The notes: generated by a model not told the origin, from the letters alone. A stretch of 64,000 nt of DNA from Malacoraja senta (GCA_038087875.1 JAXLNO010000454.1:1-64000); one strand, 5' to 3'; counted from the first letter of the stretch, positions 49,313 to 62,800 are shown. A program made the numbers and translations.

Positions 49313-49999
49313 CAAAATCAAAACAACGTCGAAAACAGGATTTGAACGATAAGTAATCACTGACAGAAAGGTGACTGATGGGAAATAGCTAACTATTTGG
49401 TGAGCAATGAGAGTTTATTAACTAGTTAAACAAACAAGGAGCCTCCTACGTTAGGTAATTGAATTCCCAAGTAATCACTTATGCAATTATCTAGTTATTG
49501 ATAGGTGCTGTACATTTTGAAACTTCCATCACATTTAATAGGTATTTGGCTATGTGCATCATGAGTTGGAGCCTGCAGGGCAACAGGTCCAATTCTGCAA
49601 GGTCTTTATCCCTTTTGAAACCAGGCAGAGACATGATGGGAACCCAGCATATTTAGTAATTCAATGTTAAATCAGACAAATTGTCAGTCTAAATATAAAA
49701 TTTACAACTGATAATTTGCTTCCATCTCTGTTATAAATTTTACATTATTCAATGACAATGCCAGATTGAACACTGAATAAGTCACTGAATCTGCTGGATT
49801 CCTTTCAGCCTCTTATTTTCAATTGGTACAAATAATACAGCAAAATACTGGCAATTTTGGTTTGGTGCTCAAGAATTTAAATTATATCTGTAAATACCAT
49901 GAGCACAGTATAATACTATTCTACTCATAGAAATAAAAAAGTTGTAAGAGACTTAGGACCAGAAAAGGATCTACTTCGTTAATAAAAGAAAATGAGGAT

Positions 50000-52900
50000 C
50001 AGAGGCCCGAGAGCCGTTGGAGAGGTCGGTCGCAGAGGGAGGAGCTACACCCGAGCGGTAGGATTTAAAGTGGAGCGCGGGGCTTGCTTCTTACAGAGGC
50101 CCGAGAGCCGTTGGAGAGGTCGGTCGCAGAGGGAGGAGCTACACCCGAGCGGTAGGATTTAAAGTGGAGCGCGGGGCTTGCTTCTTACAGAGGCCCAAAT
50201 CTGTAACGTTCCAAGTTCCACTCGCACTTCAAAAACAAGTGGGCTTAAGGAAGCCGCTGATTGGTGGAAGCAGACAAGAGGGAGCAGCTGATTGGGAGTC
50301 AGATCCCAGCTGATTGGGAGTCAGATCCCAGCTGATTGGGAGTCAGATCCCAGCTGATTTGGGAGTCAGATCCCTGCTGATTGTACTGTATTGTAGCAGT
50401 TTGTTTTGTATTGTATCCTAGGTAAGGGGAGTATGAGGGCCAGGGCAGTTTACTGTTCTGGATGTCAGATGTGGGAAGTCATGGAGTCTGATAGCCCTCC
50501 AGACGTCCACATCTGCGCCAGGTGTATCGAGATAGGGCTCCTAATGGACCGTATTAGGAACCTGGAGCAGCAGCTCGATGACCTCCATCTGGTCAGGGAG
50601 AGCGAGGAAGTCATTGAGAGGAGTTACAGGGAGGTGGTCACTCCAAGACCATAGAAAGGTGAAAAGTAAAAGTGGCAGGCAGAAAAATCCAGGGCAAAAA
50701 TCAAAAAGGGCCACTTTTCAACATAATTGTATAAGGGGTAAGAGCGTTGTAAAAACAAGCCTGAAGGCTTTGTGTCTCAATGCAAGGAGCATTCGTAATA
50801 AGGTGGATGAGTTGAACGTGCAGATAGCTATTAATGATTATGATATAGTTGGGATCACGGAGACATGGCTCCAGGGTGACCAAGGCTGGGAGCTGAACAT
50901 CCAGGGATATTCAATATTCAGGAGGGATAGAAAGAAAGGAAAAGGAGGTGGGGTCGCGTTGCTGGTTAGAGAGGAGATTAACGCAGTGGAAAGGAAGGAC
51001 ATTAGCTTGGAGGATGTGGAATCGGTATGGGTAGAGCTGCGAAACACTAAGGGGCAGAAAACGCTGGTGGGTATTGTGTACAGGCCACCTTAGCAGTAGT
51101 AGTGAAGTTGGGGATGGCATCAAACAGGAAATTAGAAATGCGTGCAACAAAGGCAAAACAGTTATAATGGGTGACTTAAATCTACATATAGATTGGGTGA
51201 ATCAAATTGGCAGGGGTGCTGAGGAAGAGGATTTCTTGCAGTGTATGCGGGATAGTTATCTAAACCAACATGTAGAGGAACCAACGAGAGAGCAGGCTAT
51301 TCTAGACTGGGTATTGAGTAATGAGGAAGGGTTAGTTAGCAGTCTTGTTGTGCGTGCCCCCTTAGGCAAGAGTGACCATAATATGGTTGAGTTCTTCATT
51401 AGGATGGAGAGTGACATTGTTAATTCAGAAACAACGGTTCTGAACTTAAAGAAAGGTAACTTTGAGGGTATGAGACGTGAATTGGCCAAGATTGACTGGC
51501 AATTAGTTCTAAAAGGGTTGACGGTGGATATGCAATGGAAGGCATTTAAAGACTGCATGGATGAACTACAAAAATTGTTCATCCCAGTTTGGCAAAAGAA
51601 TAAATCAGGGAAGGTAGTGCATCCATGGATAACAAGGGAAATCAGGGATAGTATCAAAGCAAAAGATGATGCGTACAAATTAGCCAGAAAAAGCAGCATA
51701 CCAGAGGACTGGGAGAAATTCAGAGGAGAACAAAGGGCTTAATTAGGAAAGGGAAAATAGATTATGAAAGAAAACTGGCAGGGAACATAAAAACTGACTG
51801 CAAAAGTTTTTATAGATATGTGAAGAGAAAGAGATTAGTTAAAACAAATGTAGGTCCCTTGCAGTCAGAAACGGGTGAATTGATCATGGGGAACAAGGAT
51901 ATGGTGGACCAATTGAATAACTACTTTGGTTCCGTCTTCACTAAGGAAGACATAAATAATCTGCCGGAAATAGCAGGGGGCCGCGGGTCAAAGGAGATGG
52001 AGGCCGCGGGTCAAAGGAGATGGAGGAACTGAGTGAAATCCAGGTTAGTCGGGAAGTGGTGTTGGGTAAATTGAATGGATTAAAGGCCGATAAATCACCA
52101 GGGCCAGATAGGCTGCATCCCAGAGTACTTAAGGAAGTAGCTCCAGAAATAGTGGATGCATTAGTGATGATTTTTCAAAACTCTTTAGATTCTGGAGTAG
52201 TTCCTGAGGATTGGAAGGGCAGCAAACGTAACCCCACTTTTTAAGAAGGGAGGGAGAGAGAAAACGGGGAATTACAGACCAGTTAGTCTAACATTGGTAG
52301 TGGGGAAACTGCTAGAGTCAGTTATTAAAGATGGGATAGCAGCACATTTGGAAAGTGGTGAAATCATTGGACAAAGTCAGCATGGATTTACGAAAGGTAA
52401 ATCGTGTCTGACGAATCTTATAGAATTTTCCGAGGATGTAACTAGTAGAGTGGATAGGGGAGAACCAGTGGATGTGTTGTATCTGGACTTTCAGAAGGCT
52501 TTCGACAAGGTACCACATAAGAGATTAGTATACAAACTTAAAGCACACGGTATTGGGGGTTCAGTATTGATGTGGGTAGAGAACTGGCCGGCAAACAGGA
52601 AGCAAAGAGTAGGAGTAAACGGGTCCTTTTCACAATGGCAGGCAGTGACTAGTGGGGTACCGCAAGGCTCAGTGCTGGGACCCCAGCTATTTACAATTTA
52701 TATTAATGAACTGGATGAGGGAATTGAAGGCAACATCTCCAAGTTTGCGGATGACACTAAGCTGGGGGGCATTGTTAGCTGTGAGGAGAATGCTAGGAGA
52801 CTGCAAGGTGACTTGGATAGACTGGGTGAGTGGGCAAATGTTTGGCAGATGCAGTATAATGTGGATAAATGTGAGGTTATCCACTTTGGTGGTAAAAACA

Positions 52901-53677
52901 GGAAAGCAGACTATTATCTAAATGGTGGCCGATTAGGAAATGGGCAGATGCAGCGAGACCTGGGTGTCATGGTACACCAGTCATTGAAAGTAGGCATGCA
53001 GGTGCAGCAGGCAGTGAAGAAAGCGAATGGTATGTTAGCTTTCATAGCAAAAGGATTTGAGTATAGGAGCAGGGAGGATCTACTGCAGTTGTACAGGGTC
53101 TTGGTGAGACCACACCTGGAGTATTGCGTACAGTTTTGGTCTCCAAATCTGAGGAAGGACATTATAGCCATAGAGGGAGTGCAGAGAAGGTTCACCAGAC
53201 TGATTCCTGGGATGTCAGGACTTTCATATGAAGAAAGACTGGATAGACTTGGCTTATACTCGCTAGAATTTAGGAGATTGAGAGGGGATCTTATAGAAAC
53301 GTACACAATTCTTATTGGGTTGGACAGGCTAGATGCAGGAAGATTGTTCCCGATGTTGGGGAAGTCCAGGACAAGGGGTCACAGCTTAAGGATAAGGGGG
53401 AAATCCTTTAAGACCGAGATGAGGAAAAACTTTTTCACACAGAGAGTGGTGAATCTCTGGAACTCTCTGCCACAGAGGGTAGTTGAGGCCAGTTCATTGG
53501 CTATATTTAAGAGGGAGTTAGATGTGGCCCTTGTGGCTAAAGGGATCAGGGGGTATGGAGAGAAGGCAGGTACGGGATACTGAGTTGGATGATCAGCCAT
53601 GATCATATTGAATGGCGGTGCAGGCTCGAAGGGCCGAATGGCCTACTCCTGCACCTATTTTCTATGTATCTATGTGT
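50000..53677 (+). mobile_element. near full-length CR1 LINE (subfamily A) with deleted ORF1 esterase and frameshifted ORF2
   Basis: 5' UTR with tandem repeats. ORF1 N-terminus (CSGC...CARC zinc finger plus coiled coil) at 50433-50654. ORF2 APE-RT in pieces from about 50760 to 53583, including a 429-aa RT-containing ORF at 52294-53583. ctatgtat tail. Confidence 0.96.
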
Positions 53678-54396
53678 CTACAATTTAGGAGCAAAATTAG
53701 GCCATTCAGCCCATCGGCAAGCCGAATCAATAGTTTTCACTCTGATGCAGAAGTTATTAGAAAATAATTCCCATTTATTGCCAGAAAATATGTCTCCCAA
53801 TGAATCTTTGTTACTGATGGGCAGAGAGTGTCTAGCAACAAAACCACACAGGTGCCCTAATGAGGGACTTGGGTGATACAAAGCATTTGCTAATCTAAAG
53901 GGCTTTACAGGCTTTTTGGAATTCAATAATTGGGAAGTATGTCAGACAATCTGCTTATATCAACCTCAAGAAAAATGGTGACATGCAATTACAATTGTGA
54001 TAATGAGGAAATATTATATAATAGAACCGCTCCGATAGTGACTTTTATTTAAGCGAGGTAATTTGCAAAAGGAAAGCTTAAGGTTTTCAGAAACATACGT
54101 CTCCTAATGAAATAAAGTACAACGAAACACACACAGGGAACGATGAATCAAAACATAGAAACACTAATCTGAACCTGCATAGCTTAGTTTATTGCTTTCA
54201 GGCAATTATATCGCTGGAGGAAATTGTATTTGAAGAATGGATAGCTGAATAGGGCCTCTTCTTCGGCCAGAGGTCATCCGCTCTTTCTCTATGGCACATT
54301 CTTGAGCTGTGAAGGTTATGCTGAGATTGAGACAGACTTCAAGGCTGAAATATAATAGCTTTAGCTTTGGCTAAGTTAAATTATAATTAGGTTGAG

Positions 54397-54609
54397 GCAC
54401 ACAAAAATGCTGGAGAAACTCAGCGGGTGCAGCAGCATCTATGGAGCGAAGGAAATAGGCAACGTTTCAGGCCGAAACCCTTCTTCAGACCAGACTTCGG
54501 CCCAAAACGTTGCCTATTTCCTTCGCTCCATAGATGCTGCTGCACCCACTGAGTTTCTCCAGCATTTTTGTGTACCTTGGATTTTCCAGCATATGCAGTT
54601 CCTTCTTAA
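54397..54609. mobile_element. Penelope pLTR-derived fold-back element with 14-bp TSD
   Basis: TSD ataattaggttgag (54383-54396 and 54610-54623), inverted arms, and a minus-strand core ctgaagaagggtttcggcctgaaacgtt. Confidence 0.85.
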
Positions 54610-55275
54610 ATAATTAGGTTGAGATAAGGGATCGGATGTAGTACAGTTGCTTGGAGAGGAAGAGAATCAGATTGATGGATATGTGACCTTCCTATGTTTA
54701 TAGAAATTCGAAGAAGCAGATGTAATTCCGATGTAATGGTCTGAGTTGTGACTCTAACTTTGTTAAAAGGCCTTGCAGATGAGATTGGAAATCCAGCTTC
54801 CAGATAGCAGGAAAGGTGCTGCAAATTAGAATAAAGTTGTATCCTTGCACCAAACACTTATTAATTAAGTTGACAGATTTACGACCCATGTATGCTTGGT
54901 TGGGAGGTGTGTGTGGGTTTTGAACTTAGAAACTGTAATTCGGCAAACTCATATAATTAATGCTTTAATACATAGGTAATAGTATTTTAAACTGTGTAAA
55001 ATTGTAGTGAAACAATCTATGAAATGTATTGTGTCTTAGTAGGACTGTAAACATTAGACTTTGTTTAGATTTATAGAAATATCTTTCTTCTTGGTATGGA
55101 AAGTGTGTATGACTTGTGTGATCATTGTGTTACATATGTATCTTATATTTTGAGGAGTAGTCTTTGATAAATTGAACCTACTGGGGTTTTGCTGTGTTGA
55201 AATAAAATAATTCTAAGCAAAGTTATACCACAGGCAAACAAAGGTTGTAAATGAGGCCAGGGAAGGGGGGGATCA

Positions 55276-55522
55276 TGTGACTGATGTTGTAAATCACCAG
55301 AAGGACAGATGATTGGTTACTAGCTTGTCATACCCTCTGTATCTGAAATGTCTAATACCTATATAAATGGAATGAGTTCTATCAAAGTTACTCTTCTCTG
55401 GACCCGCCCCAGAGCATCAGCTCTGTGTTGGAAGACTAGTCTCAGCTGAATAAAGAATCGATTTCAACAGCTACAAGCGTTTGAGTCAATTTGACTTTAG
55501 ATTGACAAAGAACTGTTTAACA
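55276..55522 (+). mobile_element. probable 3' LTR of an LTR retroelement/ERV
   Basis: Polypurine tract agggaaggggggga just upstream, TG...CA ends, TATA-like tatataaa (55360) and AATAAA (55449) in the expected order. Confidence 0.6.
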
Positions 55523-55897
55523 ATACTAGCTGGAGAGGTAACTACCAGCAAGGGCACAAAAGCATATTCAAAACAAAGTCATTGGGATGGATCATGGAGG
55601 AATTGATATGACGACTAGGGTTTAAAACCTCATTTGAAAAACTACACCTTTGACAATGCAAGACAGGGGAGCATCAACATGGACCAGTAGTGCAATACGA
55701 TGTGCAGGAAAAGGTCAGATTAGAATCCAAAACATTCTACGGCAAACTTATTTATTTTAACTTCTCATAACATATTCTTAATCAGGCTTTGCAGCATACA
55801 ATTCTGCTATAATGCAATACTTACTTTCCTAGGAAACCGTGTGTTGTGTTATAAAAACAATTGTGTCAATGCAAAAAGAGGGCTAGTTTCAAAGTTA

Positions 55898-56500
55898 TGG
55901 CCCTGTCTCACGGTGCGAGTCCACCCACGAGTGATCCCGAGTTTAAAACAAATCAAACTCGTGGTAATCACGTAGAATTAACGTAGCGGGAACGTCGGAA
56001 CTCGTGGACGTAACTTAGCGACTCGTAATGCTAATGGCAGGTACTCGGGAAACTTGTTAACTCGTGAATATCTTTCAACATGATGAAAGATTTCCACGAG
56101 TCAAATTTACTCTTGAAGTAAAAATGTTAAACTTTTAAACTCGTTGTAAGAACGTAGTAGCCCGTGAGTTTACCGTAGTGACTCGTGAGTCTACCGTGGG
56201 CACTCTTTAACTCAGCGGGACAGGCAGCATCTTTGGAGAGAAGGAATGGGCGACGGGATGACGTTTCCAAAATTCTGCTGCGTCTTTGTGTTACTCCAGC
56301 ACTGTGTTCACTTTTTGTCAACCAGCATCTGCCCTTTCTTGTGTATGACATTATTTGTATCCGTGGCAGTTACGAGTCGCTAAGTTACATCCACGAGTTC
56401 CGACGTTCCCGCTACGTTAATTCTACGTGATTACCACGAGTTTGATTTGTTTTAAACTCGGGATCACTCGTGGGTGGACTCGCCCCATGAGACAGGGGTT
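55898..56500. mobile_element. Harbinger-type MITE with about 130-bp TIRs
   Basis: TTA on both flanks. 55901-56030 is the near-perfect reverse complement of 56370-56497. A Penelope pLTR scrap lies inside (56208-56345). Confidence 0.85.
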
Positions 56501-56514
56501 TTAGTTTTCATTAA

Positions 56515-56750
56515 AGGGCCTGTCCTACTTGGCGATTTTTTCAGCGACTGCCGGCATTGTTGACTGACGTATCAGGTCACGGAAAAATTCGCGCCGTGAT
56601 GCGGCGTGATGACCTATGACGTGCGGTGTTTTTTCAAGGGTCGCAACATTTTTTTGTGTCGTCGCTGGATTTCGAAATGTTCAAAATCTTTTGGCGACAC
56701 TGATATGACGCCAGCAGTTGCCAAAAAAATTGCCAAGTGGGACAGGCCCT
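56515..56750. mobile_element. Harbinger-type MITE
   Basis: TIR agggcctgtcctacttggcgatttttt / aaaaaattgccaagtgggacaggccct; TAA/TTA flanks. Confidence 0.85.
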
Positions 56751-57649
56751 TTACTAAGTTATTTTTCCCACAGGACTTTCTTTAAATGTATTTTTTATAG
56801 CTACAAGTTATTTGTGTTACTGCAGGCTGAAAAGTCTAGGATACATGATACATGGTTTAATACTCATGACACCAATGTCAAAAGAAGTGATTGTTTCTCA
56901 ATTGCTTCTCAATGGCCACCCACAGTGAAACTAGCAGCTTGTGTTCTTAAGAGACAATGGTGAGTGATTATTGTGGGGAGGTTAGATGGAAAGTGTTTTC
57001 CCTTGGACTGCTTTTAAAAAAAACTAAATACAGCTTTATTTTCATTGCATTGAAAATAATGCTCATCAAATGAAACAATTTTGTTTTATAACCTTGAAAT
57101 CATGAAAGAACTTAATTTATAGTTCGGGTTCATGTTAGATGCTAAGAGCTGACGTGAATATTCCTATCGGCTGCTAAGGAATTTATGATTACAATCTCCT
57201 TACACAAATATTCACCTTCACGGTTCTGTGACTAAGTATTTTACAAACAATATTGAACCAATACAGCAATAGATCTTTTTTTCTCCAAATGATCAAATAT
57301 TGGCAGATTAAATATATTGCAACTTCTTAAAGGAAAAAGGACATGCAATTTAATATAATTGGCATCATAGGAGATTTTATAAATAACATGGAGACTGAGG
57401 TAGTGCTGGATAGGAGAAAATAATCTTGGAAATATTAAGTTTGTTGCACAGGATTCATACAGTGGAAAGCAATAGTTTTTTTTAGAAATCACAGATTGAT
57501 GACGCAACAACAGTACTGGTCAGTTCAGATGCAAAGAGGAAAGGCTGATTATATAATTGTCAAATCAACAAGTTGACATTTTATTTAAACAAATCTAATT
57601 GCAGGATTTCTCCCCACAACAAAAGCTTGTGTTGGTAGGGAATTGAAGA

Positions 57650-58387
57650 ATGCAGGTGAACAGAGGGATCTTGGAATAACTGTGCACAGTTCCCTGAAAG
57701 TGGAATCTCATGTAGGGTGGTAAAGAAAGCTTTTGGTGTGCTGGCTTTTATAAATCAGAGCATTGAGTATAGAAGTTGGGATGTAATGTTAAAATTGTAC
57801 AAGGCATTGGTGAGGCCAATTCTGGAGTATGGTGTACAATTTTGGTTGCCTAATTATAGGAAGGATGTCAACAAAATAGAGAGAGTACAGAGGAGATTTA
57901 CTAGAATGTTGCCTGGGTTTCAACAACTAAGTTACAGAGAAAGGTTGAACAAGTTAAGGCTTTATTCTTTGGAGCGCAGAAGGTTAAGGGGGGACTTGAT
58001 AGAGGTCTTTAAAATGATGAGAGGGATAGACAGAGTTGACGTGGATAAGCTTTTCCCATTGAGAGTAGGGAAGATTTAAACAAGGGGACATGACTTGAGA
58101 ATTAAGGGACAGAAGTTTAGGGGTAACATGAGGGGGAACTTCTTTACTCAGAGAGTGGTGGCTGTGTGGAATGAGCTTCCAGTGAAGGTGGTGGAGGCAG
58201 GTTCGTTTTTATCATTTAAAAATGAATTGGATAGTTATATGGACGGGAAAGGAATGGAGGGTTATGGTCTGAGTGCAGGTATATGGGACTAGGTGAGAAT
58301 ACGTGTTCGGCACGGACTAGAAGGGTCGAGATGGCCTGTTTCCGTGCTGTAATTGTTATATGGTTATATGGTTATATGGTTATATGG
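57650..58387 (+). mobile_element. CR1 3' fragment, third subfamily, (tatggtta)n tail
   Basis: ORF 57717-58079 (RPILEYGVQFW, LYSLERRRLRGDLIEV). Confidence 0.92.
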
Positions 58388-58902
58388 TGTGACATTTATC
58401 TTCAGGCAAGAAATCCAAGCTAAATATGTTAATCACTAAATCATTCATTTTATCATACGTTTCTCATAACATCAAAACAGAACCAAGTTCTATACTTAAA
58501 CCTAAGTAGAACTGAAACTCCAAATCACCGGACTAAATGGCAAAGTGCTTCCCACTGAGCCAAGCAAGCATGAAGCCATACGTGTTGTCTAACAGCAGCA
58601 AACTGCCATTGTTAGCAATCTACATGCCGTTTTCCCCTCACACAAGAGAATTTAAATAAATAGATAAATTTACATCATTCACAAATAATTTCAATTTGTT
58701 TTTTAAACGCTCTGCAGTTCCAGATAAAATCTCATTTTACACTTAGAACATGAACAGTACAGGACACAAAGTTCTGAAGTAACTCAGTGGATCAGGCAGC
58801 ACCTCTGAAGAACATAGATAGGTGACTTTTCAGGTCGTGACCTTTCCCCAGAGGACTCTTCAGTTGAAGTAGTGTCCCAACCCGAAACATCATCTATCCA
58901 TG

Positions 58903-59829
58903 TCAGGCCCGTACGAAGCTTTTCAAAAAGGGGGGTGGCATGACAGGATTACAAAAATGTTATGTGAAATAATGTGCATGCAGCGCACATCACAAGCGGG
59001 AAGTCCCTCGCGTCCGGGTTCCAGGGCCCGCTTAAGGGCTCTGGGGTTTTAGATGCTCTCTGGTGCATTCTGAGCCTTATTTTGGAGCATTTTTGCACCA
59101 AATTTATGACCAATATTTCAGAAATAATTCTGGTTGAGTCAAGAGTAATGAGTGGGTGGAATGGGATGATTGGGATCATTGTTGTATACATTTTTTTTAA
59201 TTTTTTAATCAAGAATTGTTGTCCTTGTTTTAATAATCAAGTTGCAGTGTTGTAAAATGTTATATAAAATGTTATAAAGGAGATCAACATTCAAGAGAGT
59301 TTATGTGTCCCAGTTAGGACAATGAAATTCTTGCTTTGCTTCAGCACAACAGAATATAGTAGACATTAATACAGAACAGATCAGCATGCCTCGAAATTAG
59401 CAGTTGCCCGGGTGCCAATGGCAACTTACAGTCCCGCCGGGCAACCTAAAAGCCATGCCATTTTGCCCGGCTTGGCAAGCAACCGGGACACCCGCCCGTC
59501 ATCCGTGTCCGGGTGTCGGCTCGGCGCTAGCTCTCGGCTCTCGGCTCAGCGCTAGGCTCTCGGCTCGATTCTCGGGTCTCTGCTCGGCACAGCCGGCCGC
59601 CGTGGTTGTGCGCATGTGCGGCCCTGCACATGCGCACTGCCACGGCAACTGGTCGGCGTCGGCCACTTTCTCCCTCCCTTTGCATTGTGGGAGTTCTGGC
59701 CGCCATTGCTGTCCGGTCGCTGCCTCACCTGGAGTAACTCTTGCTTCTTGGTTTCCAGGTCCTCCAAAAATATTCGTAATGGACCCACCACCACCAAACT
59801 CCAAACTGAAAAATAACAGCCTATTGCAT
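58903..59829. mobile_element. stack of truncated hAT-like MITE ends and a LINE tail
   Basis: caggcccgtacgaagc... (58903) interrupts a Penelope hairpin. A Rex/L2-like tail lies at 59290-59380. A second CAG-start element cagcatgcctcgaaattagcagttgcccggg begins at 59382. Confidence 0.5.
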
Positions 59830-62800
59830 TTTACTTCGGAGTCACGTGAGTGACTACGTGAAGAACCCCGCCAGTGCGCCTGCGCGTCATTACGACAGAC
59901 GCAAACGGACGTGAGGAGCAGAGCTCCTCCAGTGGTTTATAGTTTTTCAACTACAAGGTAAGTAGAAACTTTTTTCATGTTTTCCAGGTCCGTTTACTGT
60001 GGGTCTATGGGGATTTTTTCCACAGATGCCATGGAAAAAATGGGCAGGGGGAAGAGGCGAGCAACACAGCCGACAGAAGTCGGGAAAGTCGGGAGTCTGC
60101 GGTTAGAGACCAACCTAAACCCCGGTACAGTCGCCAGCGGTGAGCATAGCGACTGTGGACCTGGGGCTGGTGAGGACACAGTCAGCGCCTGTCGGGCAAA
60201 AGACAAAGTTTAAATCCCAACGGCCCACGGAGGGAGTCCCAGGCAATGGAAGTAGCTCCAGGGCTAGATACTGCTTTCGAGCGTATTGCCCAAATAGAAA
60301 GCCTTTTACATAGGCTGTTGGAGCAAAGTTCACTCAGGGAGGAGTGTACTGAAAGCCAAGCTGCTGGAAGCAGCTCAAACAGCTCCTGGTACAGGGCTAG
60401 ATACTGCTTTCGAGCGTATTGCCCAAATAGAAAGCCTTTTCCATAGGCTGTTGGAGCAAAGTTCACTCAGGAAGGAGTGTACTGTAATCCAAGCTGCAGG
60501 AAGCAGCTTAACAGCACCTGGCTCAGGGCTGATGGAATGCACCCTCAGGGATGAGGAGCGTGCTACGGGTCATGAGATTTCAGACCCCGACTCTGACGGT
60601 GAGGCTGTACAAGGCGATGAACAGCAGCTGCCAGATGTTCCACCCCTGGCAGTAGGATTCGCTGCCCCGTCAGGGTCAGGAGAGCCATTAGGAGAAGAAC
60701 TGGCCTCCTTAATAAATTACTTGGTTTACCATCAGCTGGAACAGCAGGAGATGGATGAGACTGCAAGAAAGCAGGAGACCCCAAGTAACTGTGGGTTGGT
60801 GAAAGCAGCAGCAGTGAACCAAATTATCTGGAATCAGTTGCAGAGAATATTAAAGCTGCTGGGTTCTGGAATAACTGCTTTTACCAGAATAGCAGGTAAC
60901 AGCCAAGAGATGACGAAGTTGCATCAGGAAGCACTGGGGTTGCTATGCAGCACCCACTTCGAGATCAATTATCTGAGGAAAGTGCTATACGGCCTACTAT
61001 GAATCCGAAATTCGCAGCACTCTGCAAACCAAGTAATATACAATACCCAACTTACTCTTTGGAGAGGATCTCGGGAGACGTATTAAAGAGTTGGAAGATG
61101 AAGCGAAAACAGGATTGATAAAAACATCAATGGTTGCAAAGTCTGTAAAGAGGAAGTATCCTTTCAGACGTCATACGGATCCTAGACCAGGACCAAGTCG
61201 CTCATCAACACAGGGACGTAGCTGGCGGCCTGCAGCGGGAGTAAGGACCAGTGGTGGTGCTTCGGGGAGAATCCACGGATCTCAGAATACTCAAATGACT
61301 CAAGAGGTAGGTGGACCTGGTTCTCAGGGGAACATACTAACTGGATTAAGTCCAAAAGTTGGAGGCAGATTACGTCTCTTCTATAAACATTGGAAGAAGA
61401 TTACTTCAGATGTGGTAATTCTGAATAATATACAAGGATTTCGAATTGAATTCAATCCAAATTATGATTTGCCTGTCCAGCATGTTCCTAGCAGAACTCT
61501 CCACTTTGCGAAGTAATGGAGGTTCAATGTATAAAAGGTGTTATTGAAGAATCAGTCTACCAAATTCACCAATTTGGGTCAAATATATTCCCTCGATCAA
61601 AAAAGGATGGAGGATGTAGGATTATTATAGACTTGATAAGTATGAATCCTTTTGTTCAGTGTCTGTTCACTTGTAAGATATGAAGTATCTTAAATTTACA
61701 TGGATGAACCAATTAGGGCAGTTCAAAGCTCTGCCTAAGGGGTTAACGTTCCCTCCCAGAATATTCATAAAATTGTTTAAATCAATTCTGGGGTTGCTGA
61801 GAGCCAGGGGGCATGTACTAATGGCATACCTGGATGATGTCCTGATTATAGGAAGGACAAAACAGTCAACAGAAGCATCGGTTGCAGTTATAAAATCAAA
61901 CTTTTGAAAGTTTGGGGGTTTCTAAATTCATCCAAAGAAATCAAGGTTAAAAACATGTACCTCGATTGATTATTTGGGGTTCACAATTGATTTAGCCCAA
62001 ATGCAAATTACTTTGCCCAGTGAAAAAAGGGTGGAGTTGATTAAAGATTGCAGTAATCTGTTAAACGAGCAAAAACCTCAAATCAGACAGGTGGCTCGAG
62101 TACTGGGAAAATTAGTAGATTCCCAGCAGTCCAGTATGGACCATTACATTATCAACAGCTGCAGAGAATCAAAGAACAGGCACTGAGAGTAAATGCTGGT
62201 CATTTTGATAGAACCATGCAAGTAACAACAAATGCTGTTTCTAATCTGCAGTGGTGGATTCTACATGTCTCAAGCAGTTCAGGCAAAGTGCTGATTGAAC
62301 AACCTTCCATGATATTACAAACTGATGCCAGTGCACTAGGATGGGGTGCAACTGACTTAACATCAAGCTGCGGAGGCAGATGGAATCAGGAAAAGTTAGT
62401 GTTACTGCAGACATGGGGAATTACCTATTTGGAGCTTTTAGGAGGTTTCTATGGACTCCAAGCTTATGGTTCTAACACAACTAAAAGGAAGATTCAAGTT
62501 CAAATTAATAAACACAACAGTAGTTGCCTATATTAATGATATGGTGGAATTAAGTCGGTGTCATGTGACAAAATGGTTAAATCAACTTTGGTCTTGGTGT
62601 ATTGAAAAGAACATTTGGATTTCAGCTATCTATCTACCAGGTAGAATGAACACGATAGCAGACACCAGGTCACGAAAGTTCCATGATAATAAAGAATGGA
62701 TGTTGAATCAAGAGGTATTCAATGATATAGTAATCAGATTTGGAATGACCAACATCGACTTGAATCATCAGCTATCGAGATATATCTCATGGAAACCAGA

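Noticed and set aside
52294..53583. 429-aa ORF as a host gene
   Set aside because: It is the RT-containing part of CR1 ORF2; upstream ORF2 is broken by frameshifts and a 23-bp duplication near 51979-52024.
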